Notes: generated from the sequence alone by a model not told the origin. 64,000 nucleotides of DNA from Phoronis australis (GCA_002633005.1 NMRA01000943.1:1-64000), one strand, 5' to 3'; shown: positions 25,393 to 39,033, counted from the first letter of the stretch. A program made the numbers and translations.

Positions 25393-26974
25393 TTAATTGC
25401 ATGCCTACTTTACTGGGCGCTTCTATGCCGGAAGCCCTTTTTGCAAATTAACATCATCAGAGTTATATTTTGTTAAGTACCTTTTGGGCATAGAGGCCCG
25501 GGCACCTTAGTAGGCTATCGATGTCTTTAATTCCTTCAAACTAGAACAAATGGTCCTATAATCTAATTTTTTCTTTGAGCAATCCTTCGTTCAGTTGCCC
25601 AAATTGCCACTGGCTATTTTTAGCACTGCAGGTGCGCACATGCACTTATTTTTACCGTTTGAGCTAGGATTAAAAATTAGACTGCCGTGGTTTTTGAATT
25701 TTCATAATGAGTCGAGTACTTGTAGTAACGTGGGTTTTGTCAGCTAAACCCAAGCCTTGAGCTCTTCGTTTAGAAAATAATTTCGAACTTGGCTTATATG
25801 CATCAGTGATGCACAATAGAAGCTGTGACTGAACAGATGGGGATAAAATTTGGTCCTTCTGATGGAATCTCCTTTAAACAGCCTGTTCAGGACATCGTTA
25901 GTGTGAAGCAACTCTGGTATAACTCAGGTAGCGGGTAAGTAGTAGACCAGTGGGGTTCTACAACCAAAACCAGCATTGTTGTCTTGCTATGTGTGTGCCA
26001 CCATCTTGGGTGTGTACTGACTAACTATCCACTGAACTCATGGATCATCTCAGATCATGGGTATTTTTAACTTCCAAAGTCAATGCTTATTGTCAAAAGA
26101 ATCATGGGTATTTTGTAGATATCGTCTCAGGTGGATATTTCGTCATCTCGGGTATTTTTTGTGTGTATATTTCAGCTTCGGGACGTGCCCGTGCAAAGTC
26201 GATTGCATCTCAACAGCCATGGTTGCTTAATTAGTGTGGCCTGTTAGAACATAGCTCTAGTATACCATACAAGCAAAGAATGGAGTCCTTCATACGTCAT
26301 TATGGAGTTACATTGATGCACTGGTAATCAGAGTCTGATGAGGCTCATAATCTCGTCACTCAATGATGCGCTTGTTGATTGCTTCAATTTTCTGTTGCTG
26401 TCGTTGTCTGTTGCTTGACCTCAATCAAGGTTATTCATTGTCAGTTTCAGATCGAAGGTCAAGCTATAGTCGTGATTGTGAAGCTTGCCAGACTTCCGTG
26501 CAGGCAACAGTTTTGCCTTCTTCAGTTGGCACTTCTTTTATTTACCCTCCCGAGACGCTCTAAGCGTTCTGAGGTACTGGATCAGATATTCTCACCCAAT
26601 ATACCCTCCCTAAAACCTCCTGTACACTGAGCTTTCCGATAGGGAAATCCCCAGGATTTTGACTACCCAGTGTCCATTTTCTGAATGGACAAGATATTGC
26701 GTTGGTGTATTTGCAATGTGCTTAGCAACACACCTTTGTCTTTTATGTGAAAGGGAGCTTGACAAACTTTCAAGGATAAAGTAAATTTTTATGTAGCGCA
26801 ATCCCAGCATGAAGTTCCTCTCCCTCGGACTTTGAGACAAGGTGCTGTTTTAATGAAGTGTGTTGCTTGTTACAGATCTCTTGAAAGCTCCATGTCTCTG
26901 AAAGTGTATCACACCATGGATCTCTGGTGTTTATTATGTCGGAGTAAATAGGTCCACTCTGTAACGGACTCACG

Positions 26975-29900
26975 ATGCTGGAGAAATATGCTCCTCGTGT
27001 GTATGAAGCTCTGAACGGAATATTTTGCGTATACAAGCCGAGGGGAATGCCTGCTGAGCGGCTAAAAGTGACAATTCAGCATAAACTCCAACAAGGTACT
27101 GAGTCTTTTATATTCACTGGTTCAGATTAAAGTAAACGTCCTAAGGTTGTGAACTTCAGCGCATTGACTATTTTTTAATTAAACAATAGCTTCCAACTTC
27201 CATACGATGTCATTTGGCTTGAGAATGGTCATTTGTGTGACTGAGTTATTTGAATGACCCACAATGCATCAGTGGTTATTTTGCAGCTTTATTGTCAGAA
27301 AGAATGTTTAAAAATCATTATACAATCCAGTTCTTTAAACGGTCATCCCCATTCAAGAACGCTGTTCACCAGTAAAGTGCAAGCCAGTGACAAGAAATAT
27401 TTTGCTTTGTCCCTGCTACCAGTACATCAAAAAATCGATAAATTATAATTCTGCAAGGGCGCCATCTTTAGGTACTTTCAGGTACAGCACACATCATGAA
27501 TTTTTGTTGGCTAATTTGCCAACCGGTCGGCTAAAAATTAGCCGACCGGCAGCCGGTCGCAGTGCCGACTCATAAGTCGACTCCCCAGCCGACCCTTCAG
27601 CCGACCCTTCAGCCGACCCTTCAGCCGACCGGCCATTAGCCGACCACGTGGTCGGCTGCTATTTTTAGGCTAGAATAGCAGTTGCGTAATAGGTTGTCAG
27701 GCTGATACCACTTTGCATGTCAATGCATATTCGTCTTAGCACAGGGTCAAATAAATTAACTTAGTTTTACCTTCTCCGTTGCATGAGTTCACCGCAGTTG
27801 TGAAACACCACTAATTCGAAGGTTGAGAGCAAGCGGTTTTATCATTGAGTTATGGACAGTGCAACAAGTTTTGGATAAAAAACGTGAACATTTTCTTTAC
27901 ATTTGATCTTTAATTTGACTCGCGATGTTAACAAGCTGCATTAGATTGGCTGCTTCCAGGTCAGTACAACGATGTAGTCATTTTATAAATGCAGCTATTT
28001 TTGACAGTCTTTGCCCACAACTGTTTGTTGTTTGTGTTACGCCGAAATGCATCTTTTTGCGTTTTTAAAATTCTCTACCGGTCTCTTATCACGTGCCCAT
28101 GATGATGGGATAGTGAGTGAGTTGTTACACCGAAGAACTCTCACTCCGGGGTTTTTATTTTCATATGATTAACCGTTGCAGTATAGACGCGAACTTCACG
28201 GTCCAGTATGCCCTAAACGCACGGACTTTGATGGGTCTAACAATCATATGGTTACGATTTCCACGAACTTAGACAGTGACATCAAACACAGAATAACCAC
28301 TGTTGAGGCTACAATCAATTCTAGCTTTGCGCATTCCGTTTTTAGTGTATCGGTGACGTTAAAATCTGCGCTAGTTACATGTATCAGTTCTTCGTTCACG
28401 TTGTTCCAAAAATAAATATTTTCTGTCATCAACATATTGACAAATTATGTAAAATAAAACAATTTACGGGAAGATGTGAATACGTGGTGAAGAGGTATTT
28501 GTCTCTACACGGCATATGTGCGTGAATCGTTGGAAAAGCGATTGCGATGTCGAAAAAACTAATAGAAAATAAACCAAGGTGCAGAATAATTGTTCTGTGC
28601 TCAGCTGTAAGAAGACCTACAACAATTTTTTGAAATAGCGCTCGATCTTAAAAAAATTCAGTATGAGAGCGCTTCATCAGAAATGCCAAGCACATACAGC
28701 GTCGTAACGGAGAAGTTGGCGTTTCCGTATGTCCACAAAAGTGCTTTGAGCAGTGTGTACAAATCTGTTCATTTCGCTTTTCTACACTGACGAATACGGT
28801 CAACACGCTGTTTTAAAAAAGTCCACTTTTGAGGGCATTTTCAAAAAATATGTTTGGTTGATGCATTCACTAGAGCGTCGCTGCCCACGTCGCTGTACAC
28901 AAATGTAGGCGTGGGCAGAAAACGTATTTGCGTAAAAAGGTGTTGCATTTTCAAAACTTTCAGACAGAGTCGTGTGTTGTCAGGACCCTACATTAATAAA
29001 CTGAGGCCAAGTACAAAGCACGTCTTCAAAATTTAGATAAAGTTTACGGCATGCTGATTACACCGGGGTCACAGACTCGGAGCACGTTTTTAAGCATACG
29101 TTTATTGTAATATCGGTTGAATTGTATGTTATAACTGTGTATAGCACGTACGCGCACAATAAGCCATTCACATTTAAATCTGATCACAATTCTCCCCCTG
29201 CTTTGAAAACAAACAATCGTAGAGATAATTTTCGGAAAGAATGTGAACTAAAATGATAGGACAAACACTATATACCATTATAGTCCAGATTCTACATTCG
29301 GAGACCGCTTTTGTGAGAAAGAAATTCNGATCACAATTCTCCCCCTGCTTTGAAAACAAACAATCGTATAGATAATTTTCGGAAAGAACGTGAACTAAAA
29401 TGATTGCACAAACACTATATACCATTATAGTCCAGATTCTACATTCGGAGACCGCTTTTGTGAGAAAGAAATTCTCAACAGGAGAAGTTTGTAATGATAC
29501 GTAGAACTTTTTCCCCTTGGAGTAGGCGAAACGCTAAGTATTGTGTTCTTACTCCAGAGGGCTCGGCCTTGGTGCGAAGCTGTTCACTATATTAAATATA
29601 CAACATTGCGCCGTTCAGTGGGTAAAAACTGACCGAATAAAATCTTCCTTGAGTAATCTAAATGATTTACCAGCGTTGAAAAAATTGCTTTTCTACAATT
29701 ATTCTGCTACTAAATATGAGGTGTGATCTTTTGTGTCGACTTTCGGTGCAATGAAACATTGCGCCACCTATTAGTCAGTTTCTTTTTCCCATATTCTTCA
29801 ATCAGACGTTCTCCCTCGAGGTTGCGTAAACATCACAACAAATGATTAGAATTGGTTTCACTTCAATTTATGTTTTTGAATTTGATATCAGTAAACCAAC

Positions 29901-32900
29901 TTTTGCTGCGATGTTGTCAACATCTAATGGGAGATGTCGAAAAAATTCTGGAAGTGGCGCGAGTCACGAATGTACTACTTTCAAAACGATACCAATGCAG
30001 AGAATTACGCAAGAAAATGACGTCGCATATTTTTCGCTTAAACGTCCGTAACGGGCAAGGTGAATGTCAATTGAGTTCCAGATTTTGCATGCACAGCCAC
30101 TGGTCTTTAGCTCATGTTGATACAAGCTTCACGACGAGCGTAACTATTCGGGCTGTGTGCAATTTCGAGGTCTGTCGGAGCTCAATACACAGTGGCACCT
30201 TGCTGTATTTTGACTATAGTCTTCATACAGCTAGCTGGCTAAATAGGAAGGCTCTAGCTTCGAAACAATATTTTACTCCGAAAGTGACAACAACTTCAGA
30301 ATGACGATGGATCATGGGTGACACTATAACCGATCACATATCCTTCCATTTTAATGCGCCCTTAATCTCTGCACTATGTTGAAACCGTTGTTTATGTTGT
30401 TCTTAAAATAAACTGTAATGGTTATTCTGCTGTACCAACATATTAAGAAATTATACAAAAATAAACAATAATTATCTGTGGTAAAGCACATTATACAGCG
30501 TGATGAAGTGATGATCAAGAGCAATAACGATTGAGCGCAAATGCGTGCTGCTTGTTGAGCATTCCGCGGCATGAAAACACTTGATGTCGCAAAATAGCCA
30601 GCGTTGTATTATGATGTTTGTGCAATTTTACTGTAAAATTTGAAATTTCTTGCTTGTTTTCATGCATAATGTACTGTATAAAAAGTCTCATACTAAGAGG
30701 CAGAAATTTGGCCGCGTTATCATTTAACGTTTGATTTTACAACGCCGTCAGTAATTCAACAGAAAGCTTATGTTAAACAAAAGTTGATAAACCGATGTCA
30801 AGACCGGAGTTGCCACTGGTGAATGAACAGCGAATAGTTAAATGTTTGTTTGGCCAAAATGGTAATTGTCGACCAAGGACACGCTTAATCCGAATTGGTC
30901 GTATACGCTAGGCGACCACTTAGCTGACCCAAGTGCTGACCACAGAGGCGACTCAGCAGACGGCTCCTAGCTGACCGTTGTTGGTCGGCTGCTGGTCGGC
31001 TAGACGACCGGTCGATGGCCGGTCGTCGACCAATTTCCGACCAGTCGGACAAAAATTTGTGATGTGTGCTGTAATTGTTGCTTTCTGTCTCTGACAACAC
31101 TCCTCTATTTTTACATTTTTTTTCAACTGTGTCAATCTGAAATCAAAAAACTTTTGGCTGTTTATTAACTAATACTAATCTTAGCTCAGCAATGTAGAAA
31201 ATCTCAAAATTACAACAGTTAGGAAGGAACTTGTGATTAAAAAAGTTTAAAATTTCTTCTTTGTCATTGTGGTAAGATGTGTACTTTAATGTTGACTTTT
31301 TCTCTCTATTATTTTCAGAACTCAACTCCCTTCCTTGCAGACCATATCGCCAAATAGTTGAGATTCATGAAGACCGTCTCGGTACCAACCTGCCACTGGT
31401 AACCACACTGACAGATGTGGCTGACGATCCCCTTGGTGAGACTATCTAATCTAACTGCACGTCTTTCAGCACGGACATTAAAATTCACCTGAGTCAAAAT
31501 GAAACTGATGAAATGATCCGTTATTTCATGTCATGACGCTTGAGCAATAGTGACCCGTTATTTTGCATCATAATGGTTGAGCACGAATGAAATCCCACGT
31601 GACGATCATTGAGAGTAAGCGAATTTAACCACCACGGTAGTCACCTACATGTAGCATTATGGGTAATTTAAATCAATTTCAAAAGTTAAGATACCGTTCC
31701 TAGTCAGTCGTAAGCTAACCTCATGATATCACCAGGAGACAACCACAAGACAACTTACAGATATATTGTAACTGAGTCATCTGTTGGCATACTGACTACA
31801 TGACAATTGTGAGAGTCGTCATTTCTATTGGAAGTTGCATCGCATTGAAACAGATTCAGGTTCACATGCTGTCCATGTTTTGCAGTAATAAAAACATTGA
31901 TTTAGACTGAATATCTATTTCTCATCATTTATGATGTTTATCCCTGTTCCAATTCTCCCAACACCAACATGCCAAGCTACGCCTCCACTTTCATGTGCTA
32001 AGCAGTGATTACGATTTACAAAATTCTCCACGTTCCACTTACATATGTCGCAGGTCTTATCATGCAAAATTCATCGACAAATTGGCTCCTATGATACTTG
32101 AATAGTTTGGTGATTAAAAAAGAAACTGACTGGTCTGGTCTATCCTTGAGTGATAGTGTTTATGAAAAAAATATGAAAATAATAATTACGTTTGCCGTAT
32201 TACCATGAGGTTACTCTTGTTTGTGAAAAATAAAACATTGTACAAGGTATTCTCTGTTCTGATGTGTGTTTCATAAACCTTTCGCAGTTGTTGAGCCGCG
32301 TTATCTACACGAGGACTTCTATGTGGACTGTGTGAGCAGTTTGAAGAGAGATGCCTCTGGGGTCACTGGTAGGTATTTTTGGTATCCTGGCGACACCTAT
32401 TGGTTGGAGAGTGAAGCTTAGCCCATGAACTTTGCCAGAAACCATCTTTCACCTTGAGTTGAAAGTCATGTGTTTATGATACCCATGTCAATCTTGTCCC
32501 CATCTGAAATACTCCAATTAATGATAAAATTTCACCAAATTTAGACAAAAAATAACTGGTCTCTTTATTTTTGATGTCTTTTACCATAATGATTGTGAAT
32601 GCTTGTAGTTTTTGAAAATTTTATTTGGTGGTAACTATGGTCCAAAACTTTTTTTTTTTTTTTTTTTTTCCAGAGATATTTATTAACTCAACCAACCAGT
32701 ACATAGTTGTGTGACAATATGACATCTAGTTTAGTGTACATCAAACAAATTACGAAACATTATCGGACCCTACAAAAGCTAGTTAGGCAAAAAAGACCAC
32801 CTTGCCTGGAATCTCTCAAGATCCAATTTATCATTGTAAATAATTTTTTCCAGGTTGTAGTAATCATATACCTCACGTAAAAATGACTGAAAATTGGGCT

Positions 32901-35900
32901 TAGTCTTTTGTAATCTTTGTCTATATAAGTGGAATTTCGCTAAGCAAAGAATTAAATTTACAGCTTCTAATCTACAGGCTGGGTCTCCAAACAAGGCGGA
33001 AGACATATTTAACTGCAGAGGGAAATTGCACTGATTTATCATCCATGTTCTTAAACATCCCCAAAACTTCTGAACAAGTGAACATTCCCAATACAAATGT
33101 AGAATTGTTTCTTCATGTTGCTCACAGAAAGAACATAAAGACGATTCACTAACACCTATTTTCTTTAAATAAGAGTTTGTACCAATAATTCTGTGGTTGA
33201 TACGGAATTGAAACCATCTGAGTCTGACATCAGAAGTACAATGATAAATTACAGAATGAATTTTTTTCCAAGATTNNNNNNNNNNNNNNNNNNNNNNNNN
33301 NNNNNNNNNNNNNNNNNNNNNNNNNNNNNNNNNNNNNNNNNNNNNNNNNNNNNNNNNNNNNNNNNNNNNNNNNNNNNNNNNNNNNNNNNNNNNNNNNNNN
33401 NNNNNNNNNNNNNNNNNNNNNNNNNNNNNNNNNNNNNNNNNNNNNNNNNNNNNNNNNNNNNNNNNNNNNNNNNNNNNNNNNNNNNNNNNNNNNNNNNNNN
33501 NNNNNNNNNNNNNNNNNNNNNNNNNNNNNNNNNNNNNNNNNNNNNNNNNNNNNNNGAATACTTAGCAAACTGATCAAGAAGGTTAAGTGAAGATTTTAAA
33601 GAGGCCTCTGAACCATCTAGAAAGAGGACCGTGTCGTCTGCATATTGCATTAATTTATACTCTAAAGAGCCTACTTTTATGCCTTTAACATTCTCGCATT
33701 GCCTCAACATAGATGCCATAATTTCGGCACACAACAAAAAAAGATAAGGTGAAAGGGGATCCCCTTGTCTGCAACCTCGGCAAATGTTAAAGTAGTTGGA
33801 CGTAAAGCCATACTGAATGACTGAAAGTTGGACACTTTCATTGAGTATTGTGAACCAACGAATAATATCGTCCCCAAAATTGAAATAGTGTAGAACTTTC
33901 TTAAGAAATCTCCAGGACACAGAATCGAAGGCTTTTTCAAAATCAATTAATACCAGAAGTCCGGGAATATCCTTAACTTGAGTATATTGTAAGATATCAT
34001 AAATCACTCTGGTGTTCTCTCCCATAAATCGACCTGGGAGAAACCCAGTTTGATTAGGATGAATTAACTTATTTAAAACGGATTTTATCCTTTGTGCAAT
34101 ACATGCTGATAATAGTTTATAACTTGAATTTAGTAAGGAGATTGGTCTCCAATTTTTAATGTATTCACGTGGTTTCTTACCCTTAGGAATCAGAGTAATG
34201 ACACCTTGACGCATAGTGGTAGGGAGACGGCCGGTTCGAAAACTGTAATTAAAAGATTTGATCAAAAAAGGCGACAATTCTTTCCAAAAAAATTTGTAAA
34301 ACTCTACAGGAAAACCATCAGTCCCCGGAGTTTTGTCATTTTTCATNTAATGACACCTTGACGCATAGTGGTAGGGAGACGGCCGGTTCGAAAACTGTAA
34401 TTAAAAGATTTGATCAAAAATGGTCCAAAACTTGATCTTGGTCAGTTGTTACTATTTTCATTAGGTATTAAATAAAGCGAAGAGATGTGGAAATATCATT
34501 TGTATCCAATGTTTATTAGATTTTACTGTAGTTAACAAACATTTTGAAGTCTGGTTTGCACGCCACCTGTTTGCCACATTATGTGACCTAGTGGTGTGGC
34601 CAACAGGTGGCATGCAGACCAGATTATAGCTATGAATAGGTAAAGACTGTCCATGTAATATGTTTCATGCAGAACAGATTATAGCTTTGAATAGGTAAAG
34701 ACTGCCCATGTAATATGTTTCATGCAGAACAGATTATAGCTTTGAATAGGTAAAGACTGCCCATGTATTATGTTTCATTTCCACTCATCAAACACACTTT
34801 TGATGAAGGTACGTAGGTTGGCAAAGTGTTTTCCCCTTTTCCTGGCCGGAGTGCACTCAGATTTGTTTCTAATATGTGTTTTGTTTTCACACTAAAAATT
34901 TTTCTTGTCAGATTCAAAATAAAATGTTTTAGCACGCACAAATTTTACAGTCAGCTATGCAAACAAAGTAAACTTAGTTTTAATCTTAATTTACACAATA
35001 TGGTTTTCAGAACTTTTATTTTTTCTAGGAACTACTGTTTAGACAATTATCATTAATTATTTCTTGAATGCTTTGCCATGATTTGCATACACATGTACAT
35101 ATTGACACTAAGACACCGTGATGTCTGGACCCATAACAGTTACTTTCGAGGTACACAGATTAAAAAGTGTCCCACTACACTGCCAGATGGCATTAGGTCA
35201 GATTGGTCTCAAGTAACTGGTCTGATGTCAGATGTATGATCAATTCTTCAAGTCTAGCTGTACATGTGAAGAACTTTTGATTCACCCATTTGATGTTTCA
35301 GTCTATGGCATTGGTCACGTGGGGGCACTGCTGAGGAAGATTCTTCATGCTAATTTCATACGGGTACGGTTGACTTTCAGCAGTGAAATAATAATAATTC
35401 TTGCAAAGTTATGCTTTGTCATCTTCAATGACTCTCAAATGTTTGGAGCAAGTTTGCAAAGTGAGTCTCTTAACGAAGTCTGCTTATTTCATACCAATAT
35501 TATTATTTGGTTGTCTCAGCTGTATATTTTCAGTAACTGTTCCAGTAACTAACCTTTGACCTATTTCACAGGTTTACACACTGAAGGGCCAGTTTGGCAC
35601 AGCTACGCAAGACTTCACCCCTGAGGGCCACTTGATTGCCAAGACCACTTATAGTAAGTTGAGGTTATGTTCACATACATCGGGCAGTTACCTCAGTTCA
35701 ACTTAATGTTCACATGCAATGGACAGTTACGTCAGCTCAAAGTGTGAACACATTGGCGTTTACCTCAGTTCAACTTGTCTTCACACGCATTGGACAGTTG
35801 CCTCAGCTCAAGTTGTGTTCACATTTGGTGTTTACCTCAGTTCAACTTATGTTCACACGCATTGGACAGTTGCCTCAGCTCAAGCTGTGTTCACATTGGC

Positions 35901-38077
35901 GTTTACCTCAGTTCAACTTGTCTTCACACGCATTAGACAGTTGCCTCAGCTCAAGTTGTGTTCACATTGGCGTTTACCTCAGTTCAACTTATGTTCACAC
36001 ACATTGGACAGTTGCCTCAGCTCAAGTTGTGTTCACGTGCTGGGTAGTTGCCTTGATACTAGTTGTTCTAGGAACAAAGTGATCATACTCAAAGTGTAGG
36101 GCCTAGTGACCTTTCTTAAATCGTCAGTCTGCCTAAGTCATTACATTTTGTTTGGTCCTGCCATTAATTTATCTTATGTGAATCATTTTTGATATCAAAC
36201 AAAATACAACATACTATTGAGAAATATTCTAAATTCTACTCTTCATCACAGTGAAAGTAGAAAAGGCATTTGCTTGACGCAATTCTTCACTGTTGTGAGC
36301 AGCCAGGTACAATTGGCGACAACAGAATTTTTTTTTCTTTAACAGACTGATATTTTGAAGAGTCGAACATTTATTTATGAATCGTTACGATATCCCACAA
36401 AAGTGGCAGTTTGACGGTGTGATGGATGCATAGACAAATGTTCTAAACTGTCCCAAAGCATTGCAGAGAACCGTTCATCAGCAACCTTGTATTTCAATGT
36501 AGTCCAGTTTATTTTCAAAACAATCCTTAAATGGTCAGACTTTTTAAACTGTTCTACAGATCGCTGGATAACTGTCACTTACAGTGATCCCTCATTTTCA
36601 GAACTAATTTTCTCCACCGATTAACAGGTGCCAAACTGGTTTTAAAAATCCTGGACCCTTATGAATGACTATTCTGACTGATACATGTAGGGATCTGTTG
36701 ACTGTAATCAGCTACATGTAATTTCTTTCACAGAACACATCGCTCAGGCCAAAGTAGATCGTGTTACCGCAGCGATACAGGCGGGACATCAACGTCAGAT
36801 GTTTTACTACGCAGGTATGCTGAATGGCTTTGTGAACAGGCAACATTGTAATGTCGATGAACCATGACTTTTACAAGATTTGGATTCTGAGTGATATGTC
36901 ATTGGCACAGTTAGTGTATTTTAAAATAACCCTAGAAATCATTTCTTGTCTGAATAAGGAGCAAAATGAGATTGGTTTATTTTACAGTAAGTGTCTTATT
37001 ATGTACAGAAGGAGCAGGGCTTTGCAACTCCTTGAACTAGGTTTTATAATAGTTGGTGTAGGTTAATTCAGCCATCAAAAAACAATCCGATACCTTCAGT
37101 TAGATTATAGCAAAAAACTATGGAGTGCTTAGTGACTCACAGCAGTCAATGCTTTTTACCAATTAATGGACTTTAACGATATTGCCATATATAATTGAGT
37201 TTAAAATGAATGACCTTTTACTTGAAGGTGTTGACCTCCAGTCTCAAGAAGCATATGATCTGGCCTGCCAGGGACTCATAAGGCCGGTTTACTCACCGAC
37301 GAAGAAGATTCCTCCACTGATATATGGCATCAAATGTACACAGTTTGATCCTCCTGACTTTGAGTTAGGTAGGGACCTTGTTTTAGTTATAGTCAAAAAG
37401 GTTCAGTGGACGTAGTTATAGCTTGTACTCCTGTCTGACTGGTGTATTATGTGTCCACTCTAGAAAACCAATAGGGCCATCCCGAATTACATGACGATAA
37501 AACTCTCCTTTGTCGCAGAGATAAGAAAGCTTGTGACCTAGTTCTGCAATGTTATATGGTGTAAAATTACTTGCACATTTTCCATATTGAAAACTTCCTG
37601 AAAATGACTCCACTCCCAAGACATGCACCGAAGCAGGGAGTTATAATCATATTCTTGCATGAAAATTTATGAAAGTTTACCACTACAAATAAAGTACTAA
37701 AAAATTTTTAAGTTTTGTGGTATCTTCTTCAAAGCAATCTAAGAAATTGTTTGAATTTTACTGTTTCAGAAGTTAAAATGATAAATGAACAAGATGCGTA
37801 CCTTAAGAAGTTAATTCACGAGATTGGACTACAACTGCACTCAAGTGCTGTGTGTACACAAGTTCGCAGGGTTCAGTATGGAACATTCACACTGGACCAT
37901 GCTTTACTGTCCAAGCACTGGACAGCTGAGAATATCATCTCTAACATTAAGCTGTGTAGAGGGCTTGTTACACGGGAACAGTTGAAACCGCCAGGAATAA
38001 TTACGTCTTGCGAGCGGAAACTTGATCGACTGACACCTAGTGGTGATGATGGAAAAACATTCTTGGAGGGTCTATAG
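26975..38077 (+). CDS. TRUB2: TruB2-like mitochondrial pseudouridine synthase, 8 coding exons
   Basis: Phase-consistent GT-AG exons: 26975-27095 (MLEKYAPRVYEALNGIFCVYKPRGM...), 31319-31435, 32288-32368, 35302-35363, 35572-35653 (VYTLKGQFGTATQDFTPEGHLIAKTTY), 36734-36814, 37228-37368 (VDLQSQEAYDLACQGLIRP), 37770-38077 (LIHEIGLQLHSSAVCTQVRRVQYGTFTLDHALL, TAG). The peptides are colinear with human TRUB2 as recalled (LHGLFAVYKPPG, DLKTQEAYEMAVRGLIRP, HEIGLELKTTAVCTQVRR). AATAAA at ~38162. Confidence 0.93.
27485..31071. mobile_element. ~3.6 kb non-autonomous TIR DNA transposon in TRUB2 intron
   Basis: Termini TA|CAGCACACATCA...TGATGTGTGCTG|TA, with further imperfect inverted similarity (AATTTTTGT/ACAAAAATT). 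Both ends carry dense (G)CCGACC / GGTCGG subterminal repeats, including a 12-bp GCCGACCCTTCA array at ~27588-27630. No transposase ORF seen. Confidence 0.75.
32651..34420 (-). mobile_element. 5'-truncated L1/Tx1-clade LINE retrotransposon in TRUB2 intron 3 (antisense)
   Basis: The T-run at ~32649-32668 is the poly(A) tail. TSD ATGGTCCAAAACT(T) at 32637-32650 and 34420-34433. RT motifs: KTPGTDGFPVEFY, NWRPISLLN, DFEKAFDSV, RGCRQGDPLSPYLF, QYADD. The C-terminal zinc-knuckle region (CSFC...ETILHLYWEC) ends at 32779. Confidence 0.93.
32779..34346 (-). pseudogene. LINE ORF2 fragment (reverse transcriptase and C-terminal zinc-binding region), interrupted by an assembly gap
   Basis: ORF track 33249..34346 and 32779..33096 give stop-free RT and C-terminal segments on either side of the N-gap. 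The endonuclease domain is absent. Confidence 0.85.
34535..34623 (+). mobile_element. Short hairpin copy of the same family
   Basis: ACAAACATTTTGAAGTCTGGTTTGCACGCCACCTGTTTGCCAC...GTGGCCAACAGGTGGCATGCAGACCAGA. Confidence 0.55.
34612..34778. repeat. Minisatellite, ~55 bp x3
   Basis: GCAGAACAGATTATAGCTTTGAATAGGTAAAGACTGCCCATGTAATATGTTTCAT repeated. Confidence 0.85.
35665..36052. repeat. Minisatellite, ~70 bp dimeric unit, ~5.5 copies, directly after TRUB2 exon 5
   Basis: GTTCACACGCATTGGACAGTTGCCTCAGCTCAAGTTGTGTTCACATTGGCGTTTACCTCAGTTCAACTTAT; the two halves of the unit resemble each other. Confidence 0.9.
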
Positions 38078-39033
38078 CAATTGCAGGATAGTGGAGGATT
38101 TCAGTCACGGGTGTAGTTGAGGCTCAAGTTGACGTTACATGAAGAAAGGAGAGATATGTGCAATAAAATTACCCACAGTGCATTTTGTTCTTGCAAGAAA
38201 TTCGTAAAAAGTCTAGATTACGCAAGTGCAAAGTTTTTGCAATTATCAATGAATGTAATATTGTTATTTAATATCCAGTTATGGCATAAATGCAAAACAA
38301 CAGTAAATCAAAGACCTAGCGTCCCCAAATCAGAAACTACTAGTAGAAATCTCTGAAATGGGGACGCTACGTTATCATTTGTATAAAGTAAGGCCAGATA
38401 TTGATTTGTTGCTTTGCATTTTCACTATTATGTTTAGGATCCCAATACCTTAAACTAGCAAAAACTCGGCCTCTGAAGTGATTAGTCGGCGAGGTTGAGG
38501 TTATCACTATCCCACTGAGGAAAATCAACAGGAAGTGACATCACTTCAGCTCATGCCTAACCCCAACCGTCCTGAAAGCTAACGGGTAACAGCAAACCGC
38601 ACGTTGTGTCATTCTAGTTGGTGCGGTAATGCCCAATGCATGTTGAATGGTGAGATAGAATTCACTTGCCTCTGCACGCGCTTCGTGAGTTGTGTTTAGT
38701 TTACGTAAAACAGCTCTCATGAACGCATGTAGTTCAAGTTAGGTAAATGGGATGAAAGAAGATGAATGTTCATTAAACTAAAATTTATTGACGTCTCAAA
38801 TTTATTTTATATCCTCCACCCTCCAGACAATAATAAGGATAGTACAGAATTGCCATAATGACATTCCCGGGGTACATGAGATTCGCCAACGACAGGAATG
38901 GAACTTGAAGCAAAGATCATTGATCCTCAGCACTACTACTAGCTTGGCTTGTATTTGTTTTAGAACAGACATTTTAAGACTGTTCGCACTACGTTGATTG
39001 CTGGTCGGCCCACGTTGATCCTGGCAATGCATT

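Noticed and set aside
29180-29474. Near-exact ~147 bp tandem duplications split by a single N (also 20760-21060 and 58150-58690)
   Set aside because: Most likely overlapping contig ends or haplotypes joined by the scaffolder, not biological repeats.
35714-36099. Repetitive 122/126-aa ORFs, and a CRISPR-like look
   Set aside because: This is an intronic minisatellite; the units are near-identical with no unique spacers and no cas genes, in a eukaryotic context.
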